Below are positions 1-8,720 of a DNA stretch of 64,000 nucleotides, piece after piece. The stretch lies in contig AQTY01000001.1 in NCBI GenBank assembly GCA_000372225.1, positions 83,272 through 147,271 of the forward strand, written 5' to 3'. This DNA comes from Candidatus Nitromaritima sp. SCGC AAA288-L16 (GTDB taxonomy: Bacteria > Nitrospinota > Nitrospinia > Nitrospinales > VA-1). The first letter of the stretch is position 1. Every line of letters starts with the position of its first letter. Made by a program: the position numbers and the translations under genes. The notes under the pieces are model-generated. The model saw nothing but the letters and a program-made list of their open reading frames with translations, was not told the origin of the DNA and made no database searches.

Positions 1-87
1 ATATCATTAAAGGAAGCCATAATTAAGCACTGCCATAAAAACAAACTTCCTTCAGTTAGTAATTATTTAAAAAAAATAAAGCTTCCC

Positions 88-477
88 ATGAAAAACAAAT
101 CTCTTTCATCCTCAATTAGAAAACAATTAGATAAATTTGATAAAATTAAAAATGCTATAAAAAAAATAGAAGGCAAGTATCTAATCAACAACAAACAAGC
201 AATAGACGAACGGAAATTTGTTTTAGAAATGGAGTCTTTTTATGCTGACTTACTCAAAGACAAAACTACAACTGCCATAATGCAGGGCTATGATTACATA
301 GCATTCGTGGAGTGGAACCAAAAAACAAAAAAAATAAACAATGCGGCAAACAAATCATCAGCAAGCGATAGTATTCAAAAAAAGAATTTACGGGATCAAG
401 TTTTTATTGTCAGACTATCAAAAACAATCGATTTCCTAATTCATGGATTTAGAAACTTGGAAAACCAATTATGCTAA
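88..477 (+). CDS. hypothetical protein (129 aa, Lys/Asn-rich)
   Basis: Intact ORF in the track. No motif I recognise. The 3' end overlaps the convergent methyltransferase gene by 4 nt. Confidence 0.35.
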   Translation: MKNKSLSSSIRKQLDKFDKIKNAIKKIEGKYLINNKQAIDERKFVLEMESFYADLLKDKTTTAIMQGYDYIAFVEWNQKTKKINNAANKSSASDSIQKKNLRDQVFIVRLSKTIDFLIHGFRNLENQLC

Positions 478-1469
478 ATTTTTATTGCTTCAATAATGCT
501 GGACCCATCTCCAATTTTTTTTTTTTTAATGCGAGCGAATCCTACGTTTCTCAATAACGAGTCAACTTCACCAAAAGCATATGATTTTCCAGTTTTCGTA
601 TACAAAAGCATTGTAATGGCAAATAGAGCTGCATCGTAGGGTTCTGTTTTTGAATTATTTAAAAAAAGATCATACAAAACAAAGCGCCCACCCTTTTTAA
701 GTGCCTTATTTATTTTTTTAAATATGGTTTTATTTTCTCTAGCATTGTAGATATGAATAATATTGGACAAGAGGACCGTATCGTAGTCCTCCCCAAATTC
801 ATTATCAAACAAATCGCCACTAACAAAATGTAAACGGTTATATACAGATTGAGTTTTACATATTTTACGTGCCACTTTGATTGCAGCTTCACGGTCCATT
901 AATGTCGCTGTGGCTGTTTTATCTTTCTTTAAAATTGCTGCCGTATAGGATCCTGGACCACAACCTAAATCAAGTAACTTACCGACCTTTTTTTGACTTA
1001 CCGCATCCGCTACCTTATCAGCGGATAGTTCACTTCGCTCATGCATCGCATAAGTAAAAAGGTTCCTGAATTTAGGATCCTCTTCACTCTCAAACTCTTT
1101 ACAGTTTCTTCCTTTTTTTATGATTTTGGAAAAATTTTCATACTCACCCCTACTATCCAACATGAGCATGACAGTTCCTATTCTAAAATTAGGACTTGAT
1201 TTGCAAAAATATTTATAAGTCACGGGTGTATTCCTAAAAGTATTCTTATTCTTATTCTTATTCTTATTTAACACACCCATTGCAGTAAGAGCATTTAAAA
1301 GTATTTCCATACCCTCAAGTTTTGTTTTTGTAAGGATTGCTACTCGTTTAGCCGACAATGATTTTTTCCCTAGAATTGAAAAAACATTAAAATCTAAAGC
1401 TGAAAGCAGTATGTTAGCTTCTTCGAGTTGATCAATTTTATTAATGATATCCTTATATGAAAGCATCAT
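474..1469 (-). CDS. class I SAM-dependent (O-)methyltransferase
   Basis: SAM motif I LLDLGCGPGSY, acidic LMDRE, GDLF, YDTVLLSNIIH, GGRFVLYD. N-terminal ~100 aa helical region as in the O-methyltransferase dimerisation/wHTH type. Internal (KN)n linker. Confidence 0.75.
   Translation of the reverse strand: MMLSYKDIINKIDQLEEANILLSALDFNVFSILGKKSLSAKRVAILTKTKLEGMEILLNALTAMGVLNKNKNKNKNTFRNTPVTYKYFCKSSPNFRIGTVMLMLDSRGEYENFSKIIKKGRNCKEFESEEDPKFRNLFTYAMHERSELSADKVADAVSQKKVGKLLDLGCGPGSYTAAILKKDKTATATLMDREAAIKVARKICKTQSVYNRLHFVSGDLFDNEFGEDYDTVLLSNIIHIYNARENKTIFKKINKALKKGGRFVLYDLFLNNSKTEPYDAALFAITMLLYTKTGKSYAFGEVDSLLRNVGFARIKKKKIGDGSSIIEAIKI
1241..1270 (-). repeat. tandem hexanucleotide TATTCT x4 plus one imperfect unit; encodes NKNKNKNKN linker in the methyltransferase
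   Basis: Read directly: tattct tattct tattct tattct tattta. In frame on the minus strand. Confidence 0.9.
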
Positions 1470-1563
1470 TTTTTTACAAAGGGTTACACTTGAAATACAA
1501 ATTATGGGAAATTGGTAGCTGAAATTCGAGGTTTGACGATGAAAACTCTAGTTCAGCTACAGA

Positions 1564-2364
1564 CTACTTATGAATCAATTTATTTAAATTCATAAACATG
1601 GACCGGATAAAGTAAGGCGGGTTCTTTTTTAATCCCTTCTGAAGGAAATATAAGGCTTGACTTTTTTCTCTTTTTTTATAGTGAGTTAAAGCGAGAACCA
1701 AATGTGACATATACCACTTTTCACTATCAGGGTATTTAGAAATTAGTCGGGATAAGGGCTTAGAAACCTTTGAGATATTACCCAACCTATACTGCGACAT
1801 ACCTAAGCCAAATAATAAATTATCGGTTAGCTCGTATGGTGGATTCGACTGAAGAGCCTTTCTAAACAAATTTGCACTTTTTGCATACTGACGTTTTCTA
1901 AAAGACAAGAATGCATCAACATAATCCCTTGAAGAAAAAATGGGATCCAGCTTAATTGTCTGATTTAATCTTTCAATCTCAGTATCAAAAATTTTATTAT
2001 TTTGTCTGACATAGTTTAATTGTTGGCCTAAGTTATTAACACGACTTTCTTCCTGTTTAATCATACCTGATACTGTTTTATCCATAGATTCGATGTCTGG
2101 AGGAATTTTTTTTATTCCTCCTCGCATATTTATTTGATCTGAACCAAGCACATCTATCCTTAGAAATAGTGATTCAATATCTTTTTCGATTTCATCAAAT
2201 CTCGCCTGAAGAATACGCCTTTGTTCTAATTCATTCTCATCAGCGGGAATCCAAATCTGACGGTCTGCTGTGTTTATAATTGAATCAGTCGATTGCGATT
2301 GGGAAGTTACTGAGCAACCAGAGAAAAAAGAAATAAAAAATACTAAAATCAATTTTTTAATCAT
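1564..2364 (-). CDS. TPR-containing lipoprotein, CpoB/YbgF-like architecture
   Basis: Lipobox FFSGC at the N-terminus, a central coiled-coil segment (QLNYVRQNNKIFDTEIERLNQ), and a C-terminal TPR-like region (YAKSANLFRKALQSNP, LALTHYKKREKSQALYFLQKGLKKNP). Confidence 0.45.
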   Translation of the reverse strand: MIKKLILVFFISFFSGCSVTSQSQSTDSIINTADRQIWIPADENELEQRRILQARFDEIEKDIESLFLRIDVLGSDQINMRGGIKKIPPDIESMDKTVSGMIKQEESRVNNLGQQLNYVRQNNKIFDTEIERLNQTIKLDPIFSSRDYVDAFLSFRKRQYAKSANLFRKALQSNPPYELTDNLLFGLGMSQYRLGNISKVSKPLSRLISKYPDSEKWYMSHLVLALTHYKKREKSQALYFLQKGLKKNPPYFIRSMFMNLNKLIHK

Positions 2365-2450
2365 TTTTTTTAGTAAATAATTACTTTATAATTAAATTAT
2401 AACTATCCTATATTAATAGAAAACTCCAACTATTTCAACTGGTTATAAAT

Positions 2451-3341
2451 ATGAAAGATTATTATTCAATACTAGGTGTGCCTCGTGGGTCTTCTGAGGA
2501 AGATATCAAAAAAGCATTTCGAAAAAATGCCATGAATTATCACCCCGATAGAAATAAGGACAAACCAAGTGCAGAAGAAAAATTTAAGGAAATTAATGAG
2601 GCCTACGCTGTTCTGAGTGATAAAGAAAAGCGGTCTCAATATGATCGATTTGGAAGTGATGGGTTTCATAAACGTTTTTCAAGAGAAGATATATTCAGAG
2701 ACTTTGATTTTGGTGATGTTTTTAGTTCTTTTGGAGCCAAAGCCGGATCTCGTGAAACTGGAGGATTTCCTGATCTAGATAGTTTTCTATCAGGGCAAGG
2801 TTTTGGAGGTCCACGTACACGCAGAGGAAAGGACATAAGGCAGGATTTTTATATATCTTTTCACGAAGCAGCGCTGGGTACTAAACGTAGTATAATTGTT
2901 GAATTAAATGGAAAAAAAATAGAAACAACCTTCAAGGTACCGGTAGGATCTAAAGATGGGTGTCAATTGAGGCTCGTTGGGAAAGGTCAACCTGGAGAGA
3001 ATGGAGGATCTCATGGAGATTTATACCTCAAAATACGTATTAAAAAACATCCTCATTTCTCGAGAGAGGGAGATGATCTAGTAATTAGTAGAGAAATAAG
3101 ACCAACAGAGGCCTTGCTAGGAACTTCAGTTGAAGTTCCCACGCTAAATGACTCAAAATTCTTAACAATTCCTCCATGCACTCAAAGTCACACAAAACTT
3201 AGGCTCAAAGGAGTGGGCATCCCATTCAATCAAGGTAAGAATACTGGGGATCAACTAGTTCGCATTATTGTCAAGTATCCAAAAAAACTCACAGAGCAAC
3301 AACTTGAACTGGTTCATAAGTTAAAAGTTTCTGGTTTGTGA
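2451..3341 (+). CDS. J-domain co-chaperone, CbpA-like (DnaJ class II, no zinc-finger region)
   Basis: J domain DYYSILGV...YHPDRNKD...[21 protein letters not shown], a G/F-rich linker, and C-terminal DnaJ_C-like beta domains. No CxxCxGxG repeats. Confidence 0.85.
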   Translation: MKDYYSILGVPRGSSEEDIKKAFRKNAMNYHPDRNKDKPSAEEKFKEINEAYAVLSDKEKRSQYDRFGSDGFHKRFSREDIFRDFDFGDVFSSFGAKAGSRETGGFPDLDSFLSGQGFGGPRTRRGKDIRQDFYISFHEAALGTKRSIIVELNGKKIETTFKVPVGSKDGCQLRLVGKGQPGENGGSHGDLYLKIRIKKHPHFSREGDDLVISREIRPTEALLGTSVEVPTLNDSKFLTIPPCTQSHTKLRLKGVGIPFNQGKNTGDQLVRIIVKYPKKLTEQQLELVHKLKVSGL

Positions 3342-3390
3342 TCTAAGAATTATATCCGTTATCATTTTTTTTAATATGTCATTATAAGAT

Positions 3391-3687
3391 GTGGCTTCCA
3401 TAAATTTTATACCAGACAAGGTAATTCATCACATTGAGGATGGTTCTCGATTAATTGACATATGCGATGATATCTGTGTTTCTTTAGCTTTCGGTTGTAC
3501 CGAGGGAAGTTGCGGTGTTTGTGAACTTACTGTTTTGGATGGAAGAAGTAATTTATCGAAAGTTACTGATGAGGAAAAAAATTATTTACTGCCCGAAGAT
3601 TTGGACCAAGGAATGCGTTTAGGATGTCAATTAAAAGTCCGAAAAGGAGAGGTATCTTTAACATGGAGAAAAAGCAAGAAAGCTTAA
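3391..3687 (+). CDS. [2Fe-2S] ferredoxin-type protein
   Basis: GTG start. Plant-type cluster motif C-x4-C-x2-C (GCTEGSCGVCE) plus a distal Cys in RLGCQL. Confidence 0.7.
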   Translation: MASINFIPDKVIHHIEDGSRLIDICDDICVSLAFGCTEGSCGVCELTVLDGRSNLSKVTDEEKNYLLPEDLDQGMRLGCQLKVRKGEVSLTWRKSKKA

Positions 3688-3763
3688 AACCATTTAAATA
3701 TTCTTATATTAATATTCTCATTATTTATTTTTTATTTATTAGATCAAGGAGTTTTTTTATCTA

Positions 3764-3792
3764 TTGACTTACCCTCGACTTATAAATAAAAT
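3764..3792 (+). promoter_or_regulatory. putative sigma70 promoter of the pyr operon
   Basis: TTGACT (3764-3769), 17-nt spacer, TAAAAT (3787-3792). The predicted TSS at about 3800 lies just upstream of the PyrR-type hairpin. Confidence 0.4.
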
Positions 3793-3815
3793 GATTTGTC
3801 TACATTTGAAACTCT

Positions 3816-3846
3816 TTAAGTCGGTTCTGAGAGACCGTTAAGGGAT
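3816..3846 (+). promoter_or_regulatory. PyrR-binding (anti-antiterminator) hairpin candidate
   Basis: AAGUCGGUUCUGAGAGACCGUUAAGGG: stem CGGU/ACCG (3822-3825 / 3834-3837) with loop UCUGAGAG, followed by UUAAGG. This resembles the conserved PyrR binding-loop pattern (..UCCAGAGAGG.. then AAGG) known from Bacillus pyr leaders. Confidence 0.5.
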
Positions 3847-3872
3847 TTGATGATATGTCACATAATAAGCCA

Positions 3873-3911
3873 GCTCCTTCGTGTATAGATTTACGTAGGG
3901 GCCATTTTTTT
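3873..3911 (+). terminator. intrinsic terminator / attenuator in the pyrR leader
   Basis: Stem 3873-3883 / 3892-3902 (GCUCCUUCGUG / UACGUAGGGGC; 1 U-U mismatch, 2 G-U pairs), 8-nt loop, then CA plus U7 (3905-3911). It ends 8 nt before the pyrR start. Confidence 0.55.
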
Positions 3912-3919
3912 GTCTTGAT

Positions 3920-4468
3920 TTGGGGTCGAAATTGAATTCTGTTGTTTTTAGTGAACAAGATATTTCCAGGGCGGTAACGCGTATAACTCATGAAATACTG
4001 GAAAAAAATAAAGGGGCTATAAACCTAGTATTGGTAGGAATCCGTACAAGGGGCGCAACTCTCGCAAAAAGAATTGCAAAAAAAATTAATGACATTGAGG
4101 GTTTAGAAGTAGATCTTGGAGTTTTAGATGTAACTTTATACCGAGATGATTTATCCGCGGGAAAACAAAATCCGGTAATCGAGCAAACAACCATTCCCTT
4201 TGCTTTAGAGGGCAAGCACATTGTCTTAATTGATGATGTTCTTTATACGGGCAGATCAATAAGGGCCGCTATTGACGCTCTGATTGACTTTGGCAGACCC
4301 GCCTCTATTCAGCTTGGTGTCTTGATAGACCGAGGCCACAGAGAGCTCCCGATTAGACCTGATTATGTTGGTAAAAATATTCCAACCTCTAAAGCTAATC
4401 GCGTGCAGGTTCTAATGCGAGAAGATGACGGTAAGGATGAAGTTTGCATAATAGACGCTTTAACATAA
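3920..4468 (+). CDS. pyrR: bifunctional pyr operon attenuation regulator / uracil phosphoribosyltransferase PyrR
   Basis: TTG start per the track. ISRAVTRITHEILE, LVGIRTRG, PRPP-binding loop VLIDDVLYTGRSIRAA, RELPIRPDYVG. First gene of the pyr operon. Confidence 0.9.
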   Translation: MGSKLNSVVFSEQDISRAVTRITHEILEKNKGAINLVLVGIRTRGATLAKRIAKKINDIEGLEVDLGVLDVTLYRDDLSAGKQNPVIEQTTIPFALEGKHIVLIDDVLYTGRSIRAAIDALIDFGRPASIQLGVLIDRGHRELPIRPDYVGKNIPTSKANRVQVLMREDDGKDEVCIIDALT

Positions 4469-4479
4469 GACAATTCGTG

Positions 4480-5412
4480 ATGTTTAATCTTAAAAATTTT
4501 TTGGGAACGAAATGCCTATCAAATGAAGAGATAACTACTATTTTAGATACAGCCGATTCCTTTAAAGAAATTTCCACTCGTCCCATCAAAAAGGTCCCTA
4601 CCTTACGGGGAAAAACCATCATTAATTTGTTTTTTGAACCGAGCACTAGAACTCGTACTTCATTTGAAATAGCAGGTAAAAGGTTAAGCGCCGATGTTAT
4701 CAATATTTCAGGGTCTTCTAGTGGTACGGTTAAAGGTGAGAACCTAATAGACACCGCGCTAAACCTTGAAGCCATGCACCCAGACATTATGATTGTACGT
4801 CATGCTCTCTCAGGAGTATCTGAAATGATTTCTCAGTATGTTAAATGCCCTATCATTAATGCAGGTGATGGTTACCATGAACATCCTACTCAGGCCTTAC
4901 TAGATTTGCATACCATCAGAGAGGCAAAAGGAAGCTTGAAGGGCTTAAATATAATGATTGTTGGAGATATAGCGCACAGCCGAGTGGTCAGGTCTAATAT
5001 TTATGCCATGAAAACAATGGGAATGAACGTAAAACTTATCGGTCCCCCGACTATGATGCCTCTAGGAATAGAGAAGATGGGAGTAAGTGTAAGCTATGAC
5101 TTAGAAGGATCAATACATGACGCAGATGTTATCATGATGCTCCGCTTACAAAAAGAAAGACAAAGCAGGTACCTCTTACCCAGTATTCGCGAATACTCTA
5201 ATTTATATTGTCTTACCTCTAAATTCCTAGAAAAAGCAAAAGATGATGTGCTTATTTTCCACCCAGGTCCGGTCAACCGTGGAGTTGAAATTTCTCTAGA
5301 TGTTATGGAAAATGAACGATCACTTATATTAACTCAGGTCACTAACGGAGTTGCTGTTCGTATGGCACTGATGTATCTCCTTCTAGGAGGCAAAAATGAC
5401 AATACTAATTAA
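4480..5412 (+). CDS. pyrB: aspartate carbamoyltransferase catalytic subunit
   Basis: FFEPSTRTRTSFE, HEHPTQALLD, HSRV, HPGPVNRG. I prefer the ATG at 4480 (MFNLKNF..., 11 nt after the pyrR stop) over the track start at 4444, which overlaps pyrR. Confidence 0.92.
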   Translation: MFNLKNFLGTKCLSNEEITTILDTADSFKEISTRPIKKVPTLRGKTIINLFFEPSTRTRTSFEIAGKRLSADVINISGSSSGTVKGENLIDTALNLEAMHPDIMIVRHALSGVSEMISQYVKCPIINAGDGYHEHPTQALLDLHTIREAKGSLKGLNIMIVGDIAHSRVVRSNIYAMKTMGMNVKLIGPPTMMPLGIEKMGVSVSYDLEGSIHDADVIMMLRLQKERQSRYLLPSIREYSNLYCLTSKFLEKAKDDVLIFHPGPVNRGVEISLDVMENERSLILTQVTNGVAVRMALMYLLLGGKNDNTN

Positions 5413-6691
5413 AAATGGAAGGGTTATTGACCCAGCCAATGGTTTAGATGAACCAAAGGACCTCTTGATCAATAAAGGAAAAATTAAAGCTATAAAGTCA
5501 CCAGGGACCATAAGTTTTGATGCTGGAGAAAACCCATCCGTTATTGATGCCAAAGACTGTATTGTCTGTCCAGGGTTGATAGATATGCATGTACATTTTA
5601 GAGAACCTGGGTTCGAGTATAAAGAAACCATTACATCTGGGTGCCAATCAGCGGCAGCTGGTGGGTTTACTTCTGTGGCGGTCATGCCAAACACTAACCC
5701 CGTAAACGATACACGAGCAGTCACAGAACACATTCTATCCCTAGCAAGGACTGAGGGTGTTATTAATGTGTATCCCATTGCTGCTATTACGCAAAAACTT
5801 GAGGGAGAATGTTTGTCTGAAATGGCAGATCTAAAGAATGCTGGAGCGATAGCGTTTTCAGATGATGGGCGCCCCGTTATGAACAGCGAGCTAATGCGCA
5901 GGGCATTTGAGTATAGCAAAATGTTTGAACTTCCACTGATTCAGCACAGCGAAATGCTAGATCTTACTGAAGGAGGTTGCATGAACGAGGGAATGGTATC
6001 AACAGAACTCGGATTAAAAGGCATGCCTGCAGAGGCCGAAGACATAATGGTATACCGTGATATAGCACTACTTGAAAAAACTGGAGGGCGGCTTCATGTC
6101 GCACACATAAGTAGTAAAAATTCTGTTGACCTTGTACGACAGGCAAAATCCAGAGGATTATCTGTGACCTGTGAAGTAGCACCCCATCATTTTACTTTGA
6201 CAGACGAAGCTGTTCGTGGATATGACACAAACACAAAAATGAGTCCTCCGCTTCGCGCAATTGATGATGTTGAAGCTATTAAAGAGGGTTTAAGAGATGG
6301 GACAATTGATATTATTGCTACCGACCACGCACCCCATGATATTACAGACAAGCAGGTCGAATATCAGAATGCGTGCTTTGGAATCGTTGGATTGGAAACT
6401 GCCCTCCCCCTTTCTTTAAAATTAGTAGATGAAAAAATCTTATCTATGGGTGATGTCATCAAGAAGTTTACCTCTACTCCTGCGGATATATTCAATCTAA
6501 AAGCTGGAAGCCTTTCGTTGGGCAACGAAGCAGATATTCTAATTTTCAACCCAAGTTTTGAATACTCGATCGACATTACAAAATTTCATTCCAAAAGTAA
6601 GAATAGTCCTTTTGATGGATGGAAAGTTAAGGGAAAGGTCATCCACACATTAGTTAAAGGAAAAACTGCGTACTCGGTAAATGGAAATTAA
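5396..6691 (+). CDS. pyrC: dihydroorotase (type I)
   Basis: [13 protein letters not shown] (HxH), [22 protein letters not shown]. Overlaps the pyrB 3' end by 17 nt. Confidence 0.92.
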   Translation: MTILIKNGRVIDPANGLDEPKDLLINKGKIKAIKSPGTISFDAGENPSVIDAKDCIVCPGLIDMHVHFREPGFEYKETITSGCQSAAAGGFTSVAVMPNTNPVNDTRAVTEHILSLARTEGVINVYPIAAITQKLEGECLSEMADLKNAGAIAFSDDGRPVMNSELMRRAFEYSKMFELPLIQHSEMLDLTEGGCMNEGMVSTELGLKGMPAEAEDIMVYRDIALLEKTGGRLHVAHISSKNSVDLVRQAKSRGLSVTCEVAPHHFTLTDEAVRGYDTNTKMSPPLRAIDDVEAIKEGLRDGTIDIIATDHAPHDITDKQVEYQNACFGIVGLETALPLSLKLVDEKILSMGDVIKKFTSTPADIFNLKAGSLSLGNEADILIFNPSFEYSIDITKFHSKSKNSPFDGWKVKGKVIHTLVKGKTAYSVNGN

Positions 6692-6720
6692 TACTCCTTT
6701 TTAAAATTCAAAAAAATATT

Positions 6721-7851
6721 ATGAAAGCTATTCTGGCCTTAGCGGATGGAAGAATATTTGAAGGAACGTCCTTTGGTGCGCAAGGTGAGGCTAATGGTGA
6801 AGTAGTATTTAACACCAGTATGACTGGATATCAGGAGGTTCTAACCGACCCTTCATATTATGGACAAATGGTGGTCATGACCTACCCTCTCATTGGCAAT
6901 TATGGGGTTAATTCGGAAGACTTTGAATCAGACCGGCCTCACCTTTCTGCTTTTATTATAAAAGAATTAAGCACTATCCCAAGTAACTGGCGATCTCAAG
7001 GAACATTACATGATTTTCTTGCCATGCATGGCATAATAGGAATCCAAGGGATTGATACAAGAGCATTGACACGCCACATTAGAAACATCGGGGCCCAACA
7101 GGCAGTCATTTCAACTAAATCAACAGATCGACAGAATTTAGTTACTCAAGCAAATCGATTACCTTCTTTAGAAGGTCGTGACTTAGTAAAAGAAGTGACC
7201 TGCAAAGAACCATACGAATGGTCCGAGGGTGAGTGGGAATTGAACAATGGGAAAACTATTTTTAAAAGTGCTCCTCCTATGCCCAGCAACTATTTTATTA
7301 TTGCCTATGATTTTGGCATTAAAAGAAATATTTTGCGAAAGCTTGTTCAGGCAGGATGCCGGATAAAGGTAGTGCCTGCCTCAATGCCGGCCAAAGATGT
7401 TCTTGCAATGAATCCAAGCGGTATATTTTTATCAAACGGACCGGGCGATCCAGCAGCAGTGGAATACGCTTTGAAAAATGTAAAATATTTAATTGGAAAA
7501 ATTCCTATATTTGGAATATGTCTTGGGCACCAAATTCTTAGCCTTGCATTAGGCGCACGCACTTATAAATTAAAATTTGGTCACCATGGAGGCAATCAAC
7601 CTGTTATTAATTTAAAAACCAGCAGAGTTGAGATAACAGCTCAAAATCATGGGTTCGCTGTTGATGCGAAATCCCTGAGCAGTGATTGTGACATCACATC
7701 CACTAATTTAAATGACAATACGATCGAGGGAATCCGGCATAAGTCTCTTCCAATATTATCGATTCAATATCATCCAGAAGCATCACCAGGACCACACGAT
7801 TCGTCACACTTATTTAAAGAGTTCACTGAATTGATAGATTTAAAAAAATGA
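6721..7851 (+). CDS. carA: carbamoyl-phosphate synthase small (glutaminase) subunit
   Basis: N-terminal CPSase_sm domain ([21 protein letters not shown]), GATase triad region GICLGHQ, and [12 protein letters not shown]. Confidence 0.93.
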   Translation: MKAILALADGRIFEGTSFGAQGEANGEVVFNTSMTGYQEVLTDPSYYGQMVVMTYPLIGNYGVNSEDFESDRPHLSAFIIKELSTIPSNWRSQGTLHDFLAMHGIIGIQGIDTRALTRHIRNIGAQQAVISTKSTDRQNLVTQANRLPSLEGRDLVKEVTCKEPYEWSEGEWELNNGKTIFKSAPPMPSNYFIIAYDFGIKRNILRKLVQAGCRIKVVPASMPAKDVLAMNPSGIFLSNGPGDPAAVEYALKNVKYLIGKIPIFGICLGHQILSLALGARTYKLKFGHHGGNQPVINLKTSRVEITAQNHGFAVDAKSLSSDCDITSTNLNDNTIEGIRHKSLPILSIQYHPEASPGPHDSSHLFKEFTELIDLKK

Positions 7852-8720
7852 TAAAAGAAAGCATCGAGTATTTAATTAAAATCGCAACAAATCCCCCGTA
7901 CTCAAACAATCTATTGCCAGGTCGTCAGGAATATCAAAAATATGCAGGTGATATTTTTGAAGATGATAAATCCTATGAGAACCAAATGGCCTTATTTCTT
8001 GAATGGTATATTTTTGACCGTATTGAACCGACCCATAACCAAACAGTACTTGAATTAATAATTAATAACGGTAAAGGACCATCTCTTGATCTACTAAAAA
8101 ATATCAAAGTGTTTATCTCTCACATCCACGGTCTTTTCATAATCAAAAAAATAAAAGACGATTGGGTCAAAGTAATCAATTTATTTGACAACGAACAATA
8201 TATGGTTATTGAACCTTTAGGAAAGCTCTATTTCAGTAAAAATAGTATATTCGAGGGGAGAATTCTTGCTTATGAAAATTCCTATTATTTTACAGGCAAT
8301 TTTTGTTTTCACCCAGAGGGTTCAAAAAAATTCATTAAAAGTGAAATAAAAAAAAATTCCTCGTTGCACGCAGTAAATGTAAAAGAACTAAAGTCAAAAA
8401 ATTTAAAATTAAATAATGAGAATGAAAAACTAAACAAAACTATTGGCAGGATAAAAAAAATACAACTAAAACTTCAACATTCAAAATCTGAGAAAAAACT
8501 ATTCGAATTTAAAGAAAAATTATCTAAGTTTGAATCTATCAAAGCGTTTTATGAAGAATGTTGTTCTTTGCTAACAAAAGAAATAACTATATTTACTAAT
8601 GAAAAAATAATTCGTGAAAAAAAAACAAACCAAATAATATTAATTTTAAAGCTTTCTTCTATGCAACTTTTATTTGAACGTTCTCGTAATATTGAACTTA
8701 AATATATTTATAAAAATTAA
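7848..8720 (+). CDS. hypothetical protein: ~170-aa unknown N-terminal domain plus Lys-rich coiled-coil C-terminus
   Basis: The start ATG overlaps the carA stop (ATGA, 7848-7851). Its stop overlaps the carB start (TAATG, 8718-8722). No recognisable motif. The C-terminal half is a heptad-like K/E/L/N-rich sequence. Confidence 0.6.
   Translation: MIKESIEYLIKIATNPPYSNNLLPGRQEYQKYAGDIFEDDKSYENQMALFLEWYIFDRIEPTHNQTVLELIINNGKGPSLDLLKNIKVFISHIHGLFIIKKIKDDWVKVINLFDNEQYMVIEPLGKLYFSKNSIFEGRILAYENSYYFTGNFCFHPEGSKKFIKSEIKKNSSLHAVNVKELKSKNLKLNNENEKLNKTIGRIKKIQLKLQHSKSEKKLFEFKEKLSKFESIKAFYEECCSLLTKEITIFTNEKIIREKKTNQIILILKLSSMQLLFERSRNIELKYIYKN

Noticed and set aside
4444-4479. Upstream start codons offered by the track for pyrB (4444), the EVE protein (37660) and xerD (53520)
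   Set aside because: The extensions overlap the preceding gene or encode non-conserved junk. The family N-termini align to the internal ATGs (4480, 37720, 53436).
5383-5919. 178-aa minus-strand ORF antisense to pyrB/pyrC. Similar nested or antisense track ORFs: 710-892, 2472-2669, 3800-3991, 3988-4221, 4395-4787, 6364-6576, 7347-7562, 9265-9462, 11170-11526, 12530-12754, 18865-19134, 21437-21781, 26886-27116, 28598-28891, 31645-32583 set, 42608-42931, 47222-47491, 48285-49614 set, 50505-51476 set, 52967-53203, 56691-57138, 58661-59497 set, 61707-61916.
   Set aside because: Each lies inside, and antisense or out of frame to, a gene with strong family motifs. Their translations are low-complexity with no motifs. 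These are typical shadow ORFs.
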